A stretch of DNA of 64,000 nucleotides, taken from assembly GCA_963750165.1 (NCBI GenBank), contig CAVVPN010000003.1, positions 3,008,001-3,072,000 of the forward strand. The letters are read 5' to 3'. Below the pieces are notes generated by a model that saw only the letters and a list, made by a program, of their open reading frames with translations, ran no database searches and was not told the origin of the DNA. The position numbers and the translations under genes are program-made. The DNA is from an uncultured Gemmataceae bacterium. Its GTDB lineage: Bacteria; Planctomycetota; Planctomycetia; Gemmatales; Gemmataceae. Below are positions 1 through 9,474 of the stretch, one piece after another (position 1 is the first letter of the stretch; each line of letters starts with the position of its first letter).

Positions 1-250
1 TTTGAAAGGATTGAAGATGATTGAGTCGCCAATTATCGCGGAACTGCTCGCCAACGCGGTGGCCGAAGCCACTCCCAAGATCAAGGCCGAGGAATTGTTA
101 CGTGTGATTCAGAAACGTTATCGGGAACTGCCGGAGGGATTGGCTGCTGCCGTCCGCGCTTGTGCCGATAGTCAACAACTGGATCGTTGGCTGGATGTGG
201 CCCTGGAAGCCGAAACCCTGGCGCAGTTCCGCCAACAGACTGGCCTGTGA
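1..250 (+). CDS. Partial (5'-truncated) hypothetical protein, Rpn/DUF4351-like C-terminus
   Basis: C-terminal '...AAAVRACADSQQLDRWLDVALEAETLAQFR' resembles the tail of Rpn/transposase_31-like paralogs; ORF runs off the window start. Confidence 0.6.
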   Translation, partial: LKGLKMIESPIIAELLANAVAEATPKIKAEELLRVIQKRYRELPEGLAAAVRACADSQQLDRWLDVALEAETLAQFRQQTGL

Positions 251-304
251 GCAACAGGGGTGGGCAGTGGTCGGTGCGGAACCGGATCGGCGCCGCCAGG
301 TTGC

Positions 305-401
305 CGAGCGGCCTTTTCGGTTCGTAGCGGAAGTCGCCAGACTTCCGGAGCGCCTCCGGAAGTCTGGCGGCTTCCGCTACACCAAAATGCAAACCGCTCT
401 G
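305..401. repeat. Degenerate MITE-like envelope carrying a GTAG REP hairpin (324-380)
   Basis: GTAGCGGAAGTCGCCAGACTTCCG...CGGAAGTCTGGCGGCTTCCGCTAC palindrome, near-identical to 33240-33299; right end TGCAAACCGCTCT matches the TIR family. Confidence 0.75.
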
Positions 402-408
402 AAGCCAC

Positions 409-2028
409 TCAATGATTAAACCGAAACTCTGCGCTCGTCACCAGCGCCCACACCACCTGCTGGCACGCCGCCTCCGGTCGATCCGTGCGGCTTTCCATGT
501 AGGAAACGAGGACCTTCACTTCCTCCGCACGGGCGGGCCGACCGAGCACCGTGCGCACCGCCAGATGGACACGTTTCGCCAGGTCCGGTTCCTTCGCCAG
601 AGTCGCCGGCAACGCGCCCGGGCCCTCCAGAAGCGACTTCTGCAGCGCCTCATTGTTCGCGAACAGCATCGCCTCGGCGACCCCCACCTGGAAGCGGTCG
701 GTCGGCTGAGCGAACAGATTCGCCAGGCCCGACGCGCTATTCTCGATGGCTTCAATGCGTTTCTCGACATCGGTCGCGAGCGACTTCGGATCGGCGGTCG
801 CGATCTTGAGCGAGGCCGCCAGCTGCATCGGCGCCAGCGCCCGCACGGACGCGACCGCGAACAACCGGTCATCGGGTGTCTTGTCGCCTTCCCAACGACT
901 CGACCGCGCATACGCCTTCGAGAGCACCAGGCCGCGTGCCAGACGTTTCAGATCGTAGCCGTGTTCGGCAGTGTCGCGCGCCAGCCAGTCGAGCAACTCG
1001 GGATGGCTTGCCTTGTTCTCGCTATGCACCTGATCGAGCGGCATCACCAGGCCGCGGCCCAGGAAGCGATGCACCATGCGATTGGCGATGTTACGGGCGA
1101 AGAAGTCCCGGCTCTCCGGCGCCAGCGCGATCTCCACCAACTTGGCGCGCAGACTGAAGTTCGGCGGCGCCGGCGGGGCTTTGGCCTTTTTGCCGAGATT
1201 GAGCCGTTTCTGCTCTTGTTGTTTTTCCGCACCGGTCGGCGCCTTCATGCCGGGAGCGTCGATCTTCTTGCCCGTCAGGAAAAGCACCGGCGATACCTTC
1301 TCCGTGCCCTTGTTCGGGATGTATTTGACCACGCCGAAGTCGCGCTCGCCCAGAAAGCCGCCGCTGTCCACCGTGCGGGCAAAGAACGATTTCATGCCGT
1401 AGAACTGATCTTGAGTCCATTGCTGGACGTGCGGATGATCATGACACTGGGCGCAACTGACATTCACACCGAAGAAGATGCTCGAGGTGTCAATGGTGAG
1501 TCGATTGAGATCTTTCACGCGCGTCTTGAGGAATTCCGCAGCCCCCGCGTGCTTGACGGCCGTCTCGTCGGGAAGCATGATGTCCTTGAACATGCGATCC
1601 CAGCGGTAGTTCTCGCGGAAGCTGACCAGCAAATAATCGTACAGCCCTTTACCCCCGCCCTTGCGCGGCCGGTTGTCGGCGTATCGCATGAACGCATAGA
1701 AGCTCCGGGCACCATGTCGGCTGAACGTCGGTGAGGCGAGCAACCGATCAACGAGTTTCACCTTCCTGTCAGGGTCGCTGCTCTTGAGGTAGTCGTCCAC
1801 CTCGGAGAGCGTCGGCACGCGGCCATTGAGATCGAGCGTCAAGCGGCGCAGGATGGCGGCATCAGACGCTGGCGGCGCGGGGGTGATTTTCGCCGCCGTC
1901 AGCCTGGCGTCGATGTAATGATCCACCGCCTGTTCGATGGTTCGATCCGCCGGCAAGAGTTTGTCTTGCGCCAACACCGCGGTCGAGCTGAGCAGCAAGC
2001 AAGCGCACGCAACAAGCTTTTGCATCAT
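409..2028 (-). CDS. DUF1549/DUF1553 (PSD1, planctomycete cytochrome-like) protein
   Basis: Signal peptide, 'RRLTLDLNGRVPT', CAQCHDHP, 'SHPELLDWLA', C-terminal 'SAEFRFNH'; GGAGG RBS before the MMQK start. Confidence 0.9.
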   Translation of the reverse strand: MMQKLVACACLLLSSTAVLAQDKLLPADRTIEQAVDHYIDARLTAAKITPAPPASDAAILRRLTLDLNGRVPTLSEVDDYLKSSDPDRKVKLVDRLLASPTFSRHGARSFYAFMRYADNRPRKGGGKGLYDYLLVSFRENYRWDRMFKDIMLPDETAVKHAGAAEFLKTRVKDLNRLTIDTSSIFFGVNVSCAQCHDHPHVQQWTQDQFYGMKSFFARTVDSGGFLGERDFGVVKYIPNKGTEKVSPVLFLTGKKIDAPGMKAPTGAEKQQEQKRLNLGKKAKAPPAPPNFSLRAKLVEIALAPESRDFFARNIANRMVHRFLGRGLVMPLDQVHSENKASHPELLDWLARDTAEHGYDLKRLARGLVLSKAYARSSRWEGDKTPDDRLFAVASVRALAPMQLAASLKIATADPKSLATDVEKRIEAIENSASGLANLFAQPTDRFQVGVAEAMLFANNEALQKSLLEGPGALPATLAKEPDLAKRVHLAVRTVLGRPARAEEVKVLVSYMESRTDRPEAACQQVVWALVTSAEFRFNH

Positions 2029-2309
2029 GGCCAGGACGCCTCCGTGGGGGAGGAAAGGTGGGATGGCAGGAAGGCTATGAAAGAGGATACAGCAATGAGG
2101 GACAGGAGGCAATCAAAAACACTTGCCGAGTCATGGAGAATCCTTGAACCTGTGGGCAGTCGAGCCAGCAGTTACCACGTCAGTCCTGCCTTGCGCGTCG
2201 CTTACATCGACCGATCACTTCCAACAATCTGGTTGCCGCGGCGGCCTTTGCCCTTGCACCTACCCCGCCGGCGCGCCAAAGTGCAGTTGCCCGTCTTGAG
2301 GAACTGCCC

Positions 2310-3041
2310 ATGCCCACGATCCGGCACGCCCTTCTAAGCGATGTCGGCCTGCGCCACACCACCAACGATGACCGCGCCCACGCCGACCCCGAACGCGGCC
2401 TGTACCTCGTCAGCGACGGCATGGGCGAAGCCAAATCAGCGCAACTGGTCGTGGACACGCTGCCGGGCCTGCTGGCCGAGGCCGTGCCCGCGGACGCCGA
2501 CCTGACGCAGCCCGACACCGCCGCCCGCGTCAAACAAGCCATCGCCACCACCGGCCGGCAAGTGCGCGACGCCCGCCGCGCCGACCCTTCGAGAACCGGC
2601 GCGACATTGGTGCTGGCACTGATGCATGGCGACCGGGCGCTGCTGGCCCACGTCGGCGACAGCCGCATCTACCGCTGCCGCGCCGGCAACCTGGAGTGGC
2701 GCACCCGCGACCATTCGCGGGTGCAGCGGATGCTCGACCTGGGCTGGATCACCGAAGGCGAGGCGCTCCTGTCACTGGGCAACGGTGGCCCGACGCGCTT
2801 CCTGGGCATGGCCGAGGACGCCGTGGCTGACGTGTGCGTCGAAACTCTGGCAGGCGGCGACCGGCTGCTGCTGTGCAGCGACGGCCTGACGGAGATGCTG
2901 ACCGACCAGCAGATCGAGGCAGTGCTGCGCCAGGCGCCGGACACGGAGACGGCGTGCCGGCGGTTGGTCGCGGCGGCCAACGCGGCCGGCGGTCGGGACA
3001 ACGTGACCGTGCTGCTGCTCGACGTGGCCGAAACGGGCTGA
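2310..3041 (+). CDS. PP2C-family Ser/Thr protein phosphatase
   Basis: SDGMG, HVGDSRIY, CSDGL and GGRDNVT motifs. Confidence 0.92.
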   Translation: MPTIRHALLSDVGLRHTTNDDRAHADPERGLYLVSDGMGEAKSAQLVVDTLPGLLAEAVPADADLTQPDTAARVKQAIATTGRQVRDARRADPSRTGATLVLALMHGDRALLAHVGDSRIYRCRAGNLEWRTRDHSRVQRMLDLGWITEGEALLSLGNGGPTRFLGMAEDAVADVCVETLAGGDRLLLCSDGLTEMLTDQQIEAVLRQAPDTETACRRLVAAANAAGGRDNVTVLLLDVAETG

Positions 3042-3248
3042 GAGCAACTTGCTCTTTTTCGTGGACGGCCCCTGTGCTATGGCACGCCCCGCTTGCCGGA
3101 GCACTCCGCAGCACCCGCGCAGTCCGCAAGCACCCCGTCGCGCCGGCGGCCGTGTCCCGCACGCTCCACCGGCGCCGTTCGACCCCTCGTCTCCTTCCGG
3201 CTGCCGACGCCAGGACGGCGCGGCTCGCCGGCGACAAAGGATCCGATC

Positions 3249-3878
3249 ATGCGTAAGGAAGCGCTCGCGGTGCTGACCGTCGTGGGCACGGTGTTGTGGA
3301 TCGCCCCCAACCCCGCCCTCGGTGCGCAGCTTTGAGGGCCGGGGGGGTGCTCACCCCAGATGATCGGCCGTGCGCCGGTCCAGTCCGCCCCGCTGTTTCT
3401 GCCGCCGGCGCCACCGCCCCAGCAGTACGTCCGGCCGGCACCCCAGCAACCCTATCCGCAGGCGCAGCCGCAGTGGAACCCCGGCCCGGCGCCGACCGCG
3501 GCGCTGCCGCCGCCGGTCATTCGCGGCAAGGCCGAGGATGAGCCACTGCCCGCCCCAGTACCGCTCGCGCCGTCCAGTCCGCCGCCGTCGCCCGCGCTGC
3601 TGCAACTGCCCCCGCCGAGCGCACTCGGCGTCCGGGACGCGGCCCTGACACCGGCCGCACCGGGGCTGGACTGGAACGCGGTTCACGCCCAGCTCCAGCG
3701 GCTCGGCGCCGTCGGCTTTCAGGTGAGCCGGCTGCCGCAGGGCGGTCATCGGGTGACCTTCGTGTTGCCCACCGCGCAGGCGGGGCAGACGCGCCACATC
3801 GTGGCGGACGCCGCCGACGAGGCGGCGGCCGTCCGGGCGGCGCTGGCCAGAGCCGAACAGGCGGTCTTGCAGCGGTGA
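3249..3878 (+). CDS. Secreted Pro-rich protein with one in-frame TGA (3333-3335); candidate selenoprotein or readthrough gene
   Basis: ATG 3249 (AAGGA upstream) encodes a signal peptide in the same frame as ORF 3360-3878: ...ALGAQL*GPGGCSPQM...; intrinsic terminator follows. Confidence 0.65.
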
Positions 3879-3886
3879 CAGTGTCT

Positions 3887-3936
3887 TCCGCCGGGCGGCT
3901 CGACCCCACCGGTTGAGCCGCCCGGCGGATTTTTTT
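3887..3936 (+). terminator. Rho-independent terminator
   Basis: TCCGCCGGGCGGCTC...GAGCCGCCCGGCGGA stem followed by T7. Confidence 0.8.
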
Positions 3937-4020
3937 CGCCCTGGGTTGTTTGCGCCGGCCTGAATCGCGTGCTATGGTACAGGGGGAGAGTACGTACCAG
4001 GGGCCGACGCGAGACGCATC

Positions 4021-4623
4021 ATGAGCCTGACCGAACTGCAAGGAGTTGCGAATACCGTCGTTCGCCGCGCTCAGCGCCAGGGGTTCGTCTTGCCGCGCGA
4101 CATTCGCGCCGAACTGACACGGATGGGCTTGCCCGAGGAACAATGGAAGGATGTCATCGAACTGGCCCGCGAGTCGCTCCATTTTCGCCAGGGCCGCTAT
4201 TTCTTTCTCTCCAGCGTCAGCCCACGGCTGCGCCAGGAACTGACGCAGCAACAACTCATCGCGCGGGCCATCCAGCGCCTCATCCGCCACCACCGCACCC
4301 AGACCAGCCCGAACGACCGCCGACGGGAAGACCGCCTGGATTTCATCCAACCGGTGAAGGTGCGATCTGACGATGGCCACGAAACCACACTGTTGAGCCG
4401 CGACCTCTCCACCACCGGCATTCGTCTGATCGGCACGCGCAGCCTGCTCGGCCAGAAAATCCGCGTGCAGTTGCCCGCTGGCGACGATGGCTCCGTCCTC
4501 ACCTTGCTGGTGCGCATCCTCTGGACCGCCGCCATCGGTGACGAACTGTTCGAGAATGGTGGCTCCTTCATCGAGATGGTCGCGCCGCCGACCGAGGGGC
4601 TCAAGCTGGTCGGCACGTCGTGA
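4021..4623 (+). CDS. PilZ domain protein (c-di-GMP receptor) with small N-terminal helical domain
   Basis: RREDR (RxxxR) and DLSTTG (DxSxxG) motifs. Confidence 0.8.
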   Translation: MSLTELQGVANTVVRRAQRQGFVLPRDIRAELTRMGLPEEQWKDVIELARESLHFRQGRYFFLSSVSPRLRQELTQQQLIARAIQRLIRHHRTQTSPNDRRREDRLDFIQPVKVRSDDGHETTLLSRDLSTTGIRLIGTRSLLGQKIRVQLPAGDDGSVLTLLVRILWTAAIGDELFENGGSFIEMVAPPTEGLKLVGTS

Positions 4624-4632
4624 AGGTGAGGG

Positions 4633-4720
4633 GGTGAATGGGTGAGGGGATGAATGGGTGAGGGGGTGAAAGAAGCTGTCTTTTCACCCCCTCACCCATT
4701 CATCCCCTCACCCATTCACC
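4633..4720. repeat. Inverted pair of 16-bp short tandem repeats forming a hairpin between convergent genes
   Basis: (TGAATGGGTGAGGGGR)n followed by its reverse complement; overlaps the stop codon of the minus-strand gene. Confidence 0.8.
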
Positions 4721-5495
4721 TCGTACGGTCCATCTGCTCCAGGACTGCGAGAATGGCCGAGCGGCAGTCCAGGGCCGTCGCCTCGTACTGGCGCTCGTAA
4801 CCCGGTGCCGTTTGCACCGTACAGATGAACTTGTGGCCGTTTCCGAATGACTCCTGCCGATACGATACCATTTTGCGCGACTTCAACTGGGCCAGCAACG
4901 AATCGTAGTCCCCAGACCCCACCGGCGAGGCGTAGGCGCTGGCGGGCACCAGGCCACCGGCGGCGGTGGGACCCGGCGCCGACGGTGCGTCCGGCAATGG
5001 CTGCACCACCACCGGTTGTGGGCGGCCCAGCGTCACACCGGGCGGCCCGTGTTCCTGCAGCCGCGGCGTGGGCGCCGGCGCCGGCGCGGGGTTCACGACA
5101 CTGGTGGGCACCTGCCAGCTGCCGACCGGCTGTGCGGTGCGCTTGCCCTCCTCAATGGCCAGGCCGGAGCGGGCGCCCGGCAGCGGATCGCCCAGGGCCA
5201 TGGCGGCGTTGCTGCTCGACGATGTGGCGGTTGGGTTTGACGGCAAGGCGGACCACTTCGTCTTGGTCGTGGGCGTCGGCGAGGTTGTGGCCGTCGGCGT
5301 CGTCAACGGGTAAGTCTGCGGTTGCATCTCGCCGACGAGCGGGTCGCCGGCGCCCAGCTTGGACGGAGCGACCGACGGCGCTTGACAGCCGGCCAGCCAG
5401 ACCAGGGCCGACACCGCCACGGCGCAGACGAAACGGCGCGGCCGTCGGGGGGGCAGCCCCCGCGGGCGTTTTCCGGGCTGTGGTTGCCTTGGCAT
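4716..5495 (-). CDS. Pro/Thr-rich lipoprotein; C-terminal domain similar to that of 3249-3878
   Basis: Lipobox LAGC; low-complexity linker; C-terminal ~65 aa aligns by eye with the 3249-3878 C-terminus. Confidence 0.75.
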   Translation of the reverse strand: MPRQPQPGKRPRGLPPRRPRRFVCAVAVSALVWLAGCQAPSVAPSKLGAGDPLVGEMQPQTYPLTTPTATTSPTPTTKTKWSALPSNPTATSSSSNAAMALGDPLPGARSGLAIEEGKRTAQPVGSWQVPTSVVNPAPAPAPTPRLQEHGPPGVTLGRPQPVVVQPLPDAPSAPGPTAAGGLVPASAYASPVGSGDYDSLLAQLKSRKMVSYRQESFGNGHKFICTVQTAPGYERQYEATALDCRSAILAVLEQMDRTR

Positions 5496-5594
5496 ATTGA
5501 CCCACTTGCCGCGCCGGCTAAATTGACGCTTCATCAAGAATTGTTAATCGGTCGTGAATGTCCCTCCCCTATAGGCAAAAGAAAGAATTTTGCA

Positions 5595-6650
5595 ATGGCA
5601 GCTCTGCACATCGCCGTCATCGCCGGCGACGGCATCGGCCCCGAGGTCATCGACCAGGCCGTGCGCGTCGTGGACGCCGCTGTCCGCCGCGAGAACGTCC
5701 GCCTCGACTGGAACCGCCTGCCCTGGAGTTCCGCCTATTACCAGCAAACCGGGCACATCGTGCCGCCGGACGGCTGGGACACGCTTGCCCGGCACGACGC
5801 CATTTTCCTCGGCGCCGTCGGCAGCCCGGCTGTTCCAGATACCGTCACCGTCCACGGCCTGTTGCTGCCGATGCGCCGCAAATTCGACCAGTACGTCAAC
5901 CTCCGCCCAGCCTACCTGTTCGACGGCGTGCAGTCGCCGCTGCGCGACAAGGCGCCCGGTTCCATTGACATGCTCGTCTACCGCGAGAACACCGAGGGCG
6001 AGTATGCGCCGGTCGGCGGCAAGCTGTACCCCGGTACGCCGCACGAGGTCGCGGTGCAGACGGCGGTGTTCACGCGCCGCGGCTGCGAACGCATCATGCG
6101 CGCGGCGTTCGCGGCGGCGCTGAAGCGGCGCCAGCGGCTCACGTCCGTCACCAAGTCGAACGCGCAGATTTACGGCATGACGCTATGGGATGACGTGTTC
6201 GCCGCGGTGGCGCAGGAGTTCCCGGAGGTGCAGGCCAGTTCGCTGCTGGTGGACGCGGCCGCGATGGACTTCGTGCGCAAACCGGAGGTCTTCGACGTGG
6301 TGGTGGCGAGCAATCTGTTCGGCGACATCCTAACGGACCTGAGCGCCATCGTGACGGGCAGCGTGGGGCTGGCGGCGAGCGGCAACGTCAACCCCGAGCG
6401 AACCGGGCCGAGCATGTTCGAGCCGGTCCACGGCAGCGCCCCGGACATCGCCGGCAAGGGGATTGCGAACCCGTTGGCGGCGGTGCTGTCGGCGGCGCTG
6501 ATGCTCGACCACCTGAACGTGCCGGCGGCCGCGGCGGCGATCCGGCGGGCGGTGGCGGCGGTGCTCCGGGCCGGTAAGCCACGCACGCCCGACCTTGGCG
6601 GCACGGCGAAGACGGCGGACGTGACCGAGGCGCTGCTGGCGGCGCTGTGA
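5595..6650 (+). CDS. Isocitrate/isopropylmalate dehydrogenase family enzyme, tartrate/D-malate dehydrogenase-like
   Basis: GDGIGPEV, FDQYVNLRP, RENTEGEY, NLFGDILTD and FEPVHGSAPDIAGKGIANP motifs. Confidence 0.9.
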   Translation: MAALHIAVIAGDGIGPEVIDQAVRVVDAAVRRENVRLDWNRLPWSSAYYQQTGHIVPPDGWDTLARHDAIFLGAVGSPAVPDTVTVHGLLLPMRRKFDQYVNLRPAYLFDGVQSPLRDKAPGSIDMLVYRENTEGEYAPVGGKLYPGTPHEVAVQTAVFTRRGCERIMRAAFAAALKRRQRLTSVTKSNAQIYGMTLWDDVFAAVAQEFPEVQASSLLVDAAAMDFVRKPEVFDVVVASNLFGDILTDLSAIVTGSVGLAASGNVNPERTGPSMFEPVHGSAPDIAGKGIANPLAAVLSAALMLDHLNVPAAAAAIRRAVAAVLRAGKPRTPDLGGTAKTADVTEALLAAL

Positions 6651-6663
6651 AGGGCCGTTTTGT

Positions 6664-6715
6664 TTGAGCCCGCAGCGCCAGCGCGAGACATCCTTCGCTG
6701 GCGCTGCGGGCTCAA
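6664..6715. repeat. REP-like palindrome (GAGCCCG.AGCGCCAGCG family)
   Basis: 20-bp inverted repeat, related to 7405-7454 and 23894-23945. Confidence 0.75.
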
Positions 6716-6760
6716 GAAAATACAGGGCAATTCCGTATCAGTCCCGACCGCGCTTTCGCC

Positions 6761-7000
6761 TCACTTCAGGGACTCCAGGTAAGCGATCAAATCCGCCAAC
6801 TGGCCCGGCGTCAGGTTGCTCACCACCCCCTCCGGCATCGCGGACATCTTCTGCATCTGCCGCATTTCAATGTCCTCGCGCTGCACGCCGTTCGTCTCCC
6901 GGATCAGGGTTGTGCTGGCGCGCTCGCTGACCACGAACCCGGTGAAGACCTTGCCGTCGGCCATGACGAACCGATACGTCTCAAACCCCTGCGCGATCTT
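6761..7000 (-). pseudogene. C-terminal remnant of a PVC-type putative heme-binding domain protein
   Basis: 'KIAQGFETY...DGKVFTG...SAMPEG...LADLIAYLESLK' tail with no CxxCH or credible start; lies next to a MITE-like element. Confidence 0.65.
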
Positions 7001-7077
7001 TCTGGCCGTCGGCCGCCGAGTGACAGGCGACGCACGACTGGCTCTTGTAATTGGCCTGCGAGCGGCTACGTTGTTGC

Positions 7078-7373
7078 TGGAGCGGTTCGCACGCGGATCG
7101 CGCCCGGGGTGGGACGGCGGGCACAGCTTGACCGGCAGGGGCCTGCGCTGTCGCAGCAAGGGAGCCAAGGGGGCCAAGGGGGCCAACTTTTTCACACGTC
7201 GAGATTTGGCGCCCTGGCAGCGTGCGGCTGGCACGGCGCGACCACCACCGGCGGCGGTTGCCACAGCAAGGACGCCAAGAACGCCAAAAACGCCAACTTT
7301 TTCATACGTCGAGATGCGGCGCCTGGCAGCACCGGCCTGCCGTTTGTGGGCCACGCGACTGCGAACCGCGCCA
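7078..7373. mobile_element. MITE-like element, 14-bp TIRs, internal module duplicated
   Basis: TGGAGCGGTTCGCA ... TGCGAACCGCGCCA; homologous to 26205-26443; module CAAGGnnGC x3 + CTTTTTCAYACGTCGAGA occurs twice. Confidence 0.75.
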
Positions 7374-7404
7374 GCACGGGATCATTTTGGCCATTCGTGG
7401 TTGG

Positions 7405-7454
7405 TCCGAGCCCGAGCGCCAGCGCGGGGCCCCGCGCTGGCGCTTGGGCTCGGA
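7405..7454. repeat. REP-like palindrome
   Basis: TCCGAGCCCGAGCGCCAGCGCGGGGCCCCGCGCTGGCGCTTGGGCTCGGA; near-identical to 23894-23945. Confidence 0.85.
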
Positions 7455-7490
7455 TCAGAGACACGCCTGTTCCCCAACCAGGAGAGGGTC

Positions 7491-8894
7491 ATGTTCACGA
7501 ATCAGGTGATTCGGAGCGTCCTTCGGCCGGCGGCGCCGGCCCTGCTGTTCGCCGTCCTGATTTTGACCGCCGGCCCCTCGTCGGGTCAGGGCAAAGGCGG
7601 CAAGCAGCCCGACTTCATTCCCGCCGGCTACGACGACTATCAAACCATGCTCGACCGGCTCGGCATCAAGCAGATGCGCAAGGGGCGCGATTCCAGGGTG
7701 AAGGACACCTCCGACGAGGCGACCGCGAACCCCTACAAGGAAACCATGCCCGACCTGATGACCTTCAAGGACGGCACCAAGGTGAAGACCGCCGACCAGT
7801 GGCCGAAGCGGCGCGCGGAGATCGTCGAGGACTTCGAGCGCGAGGTCTACGGCAGGATTCCGAAGAACGTTCCGAAGGTGAAATGGGAGGTCACGAAGAC
7901 CGTCGAGGGCGAGAGTGGTGGCATCGCCACGGTCACCAAGACGCTGGTCGGCCACGTCGATAACAGCGCGTTTCCCAAGATCAAAGTCACCATTCAGGCC
8001 AGCTTCACCGTGCCCAGATACGCCAGGGGCCGGGTGCCGATCATCATCCAGTTCGGCGGCGGGTTCGGCGGCAAGGGCGGCCCGAATTCGTGGCAGCAGC
8101 AGGCGCTCAACAAGGGCTGGGGTTACGGCACGATCAACCCCAACAGCATCCAGCCGGACAACAGCCGGCTGCGCGAGGGCATCATCGGCCTGACCAACAA
8201 GGGGCAGCCGCGCGGCCCCGAGGACTGGGGCGCGTTGCGTGCCTGGGCCTGGGGCGTGAGCTGCCTGATCGACTACTTCGAGGCCAACCCGGATTCGGGG
8301 GTCGATCCGACCAAGGTGTGCATCACCGGCGTGTCGCGCTACGGCAAGGCGGCGCTGGTCGCCACGGCCTTCGACACGCGCATCGCGGCGGGGTTCGTCG
8401 CCTCCTCCGGGGCGGGCGGTTCCAAGCTGCACCGCCACATCTTCGGCGAACTGCTGGAGAACGTGGCGGGCCGTGGCGAGTACCACTGGATGGCCGGCAA
8501 CTACCTCAAGTACGCGGCGACGGAGGCCAAATTCGGCAAGAAGACGGCGGCGGACTTGCCGGTAGACCAGCATCAACTGATTGCCCTGTGCGCCCCGCGG
8601 CCGTGCTTCATCAGCATGGGCGTCCCCCCGGGGGATCCGAACTGGATCGATGCTCGTGGCAGTTTCATGGCCACGGTGCTGGCGGGTCCGGCCTACCGGC
8701 TGCTCGGCAAGAAGAACCTCGGCACGCCCGGGGACTACCTGACCGACAAGCTGCCCGCCGTCAACACCCTCATCGGCGGCGAGTTGGCCTGGCGGCAGCA
8801 CAGCGGCGGCCACACGAACGTCCCCAACTTCCCGACGTTCTTTGAATGGGCCGGCCGCTACATCCCCTCACCAGGGCTGACGAAGAAGAAGTAA
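7491..8894 (+). CDS. Secreted CE15 glucuronoyl/acetylxylan esterase-like alpha/beta hydrolase
   Basis: Signal peptide, WGALRAWAWG, GVSRYGK nucleophile motif, LPVDQHQLIALCAPRP, HSGGH; RBS GGAGAGG. Confidence 0.88.
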   Translation: MFTNQVIRSVLRPAAPALLFAVLILTAGPSSGQGKGGKQPDFIPAGYDDYQTMLDRLGIKQMRKGRDSRVKDTSDEATANPYKETMPDLMTFKDGTKVKTADQWPKRRAEIVEDFEREVYGRIPKNVPKVKWEVTKTVEGESGGIATVTKTLVGHVDNSAFPKIKVTIQASFTVPRYARGRVPIIIQFGGGFGGKGGPNSWQQQALNKGWGYGTINPNSIQPDNSRLREGIIGLTNKGQPRGPEDWGALRAWAWGVSCLIDYFEANPDSGVDPTKVCITGVSRYGKAALVATAFDTRIAAGFVASSGAGGSKLHRHIFGELLENVAGRGEYHWMAGNYLKYAATEAKFGKKTAADLPVDQHQLIALCAPRPCFISMGVPPGDPNWIDARGSFMATVLAGPAYRLLGKKNLGTPGDYLTDKLPAVNTLIGGELAWRQHSGGHTNVPNFPTFFEWAGRYIPSPGLTKKK

Positions 8895-8921
8895 ACAGCG
8901 CCCAGACGACGCGCTCCGCAA

Positions 8922-9365
8922 TCAAGGATTTGTCTGGGGCAGCAGCGGTATGGGCCGGCGCTCCGGCGTGGTCGGGTCGATGCGGACGTAGACGATTTCC
9001 GCCTCGGTGACGTGCAGCGCGTGGCCGTCGCGCTCCGCCTCGACGCGCACCTGCATGGTGATCGACGTGCGGCCCATCTTGACCAGGCGCGTGTGGAAGC
9101 TGACCACGTCGCCGACCAGCACCGGTTGCTTGAACTCGACGCGGTTGACCGCGACCGTCACCACGTACGCCTGACCGCCGCCGGCCAGCGTCACCACCCG
9201 TCGCGCCCCGACGGCACCAGCCTGGTCGATGTAGCTCAGGATGACGCCGCCGAAGATCGACTGAAAGGCGGTGAACGGCTGGCCGCCGTGCAGCACCGTC
9301 GTCGGCAGCGGGTTGGCGTCACGCGGCATCATGATGACCTGGATGGCGGTGTACCAGTCGTCCAT
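8922..9365 (-). CDS. Acyl-CoA thioesterase (hotdog fold)
   Basis: MPRDAN...[23 protein letters not shown] and GRTSITM motifs. Confidence 0.9.
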   Translation of the reverse strand: MDDWYTAIQVIMMPRDANPLPTTVLHGGQPFTAFQSIFGGVILSYIDQAGAVGARRVVTLAGGGQAYVVTVAVNRVEFKQPVLVGDVVSFHTRLVKMGRTSITMQVRVEAERDGHALHVTEAEIVYVRIDPTTPERRPIPLLPQTNP

Positions 9366-9393
9366 GGTGATCCTTGCGCTTCCTCATGGTCCC

Positions 9394-9455
9394 GGCGAGC
9401 GGTGTGGCGTCAGCCCGCCGTGGTTCTCCAATCACAGCGGGCTGACGCCACGCCC
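9394..9455. repeat. REP doublet (GGCGAGCGGCGCGGCGTCAGCCCGCC family)
   Basis: Inverted GTGGCGTCAGCCCGC / GCGGGCTGACGCCAC; related to 33331-33399, 46310-46389 and 11723-11774. Confidence 0.75.
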
Positions 9456-9474
9456 GAACGCAACACGCGCTAAT

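Noticed and set aside
412..1734. Long antisense ORFs (also 7455-8813, 13348-14799, 51988-54168, 55418-57283, 63186-63992)
   Set aside because: Shadow ORFs of high-GC genes; the opposite strand carries the recognisable motifs
3080..3097. TGGCACG...TTGC here and GGCACG...TTGCA at 15605-15621 as sigma54 promoters
   Set aside because: GG-to-GC spacing is 12 nt rather than the required 10
7150..7330. Repeated modules here and the heptamer array at 55363-55425 as a CRISPR array
   Set aside because: No constant repeat with unique spacers, at most two copies of the long unit, and no cas genes
6816..7490. N-terminal extension of the 692-aa ORF (similarly smpB to 26597 and the bEBP to 40887)
   Set aside because: Runs through MITE/REP or promoter DNA; better starts with an RBS exist downstream
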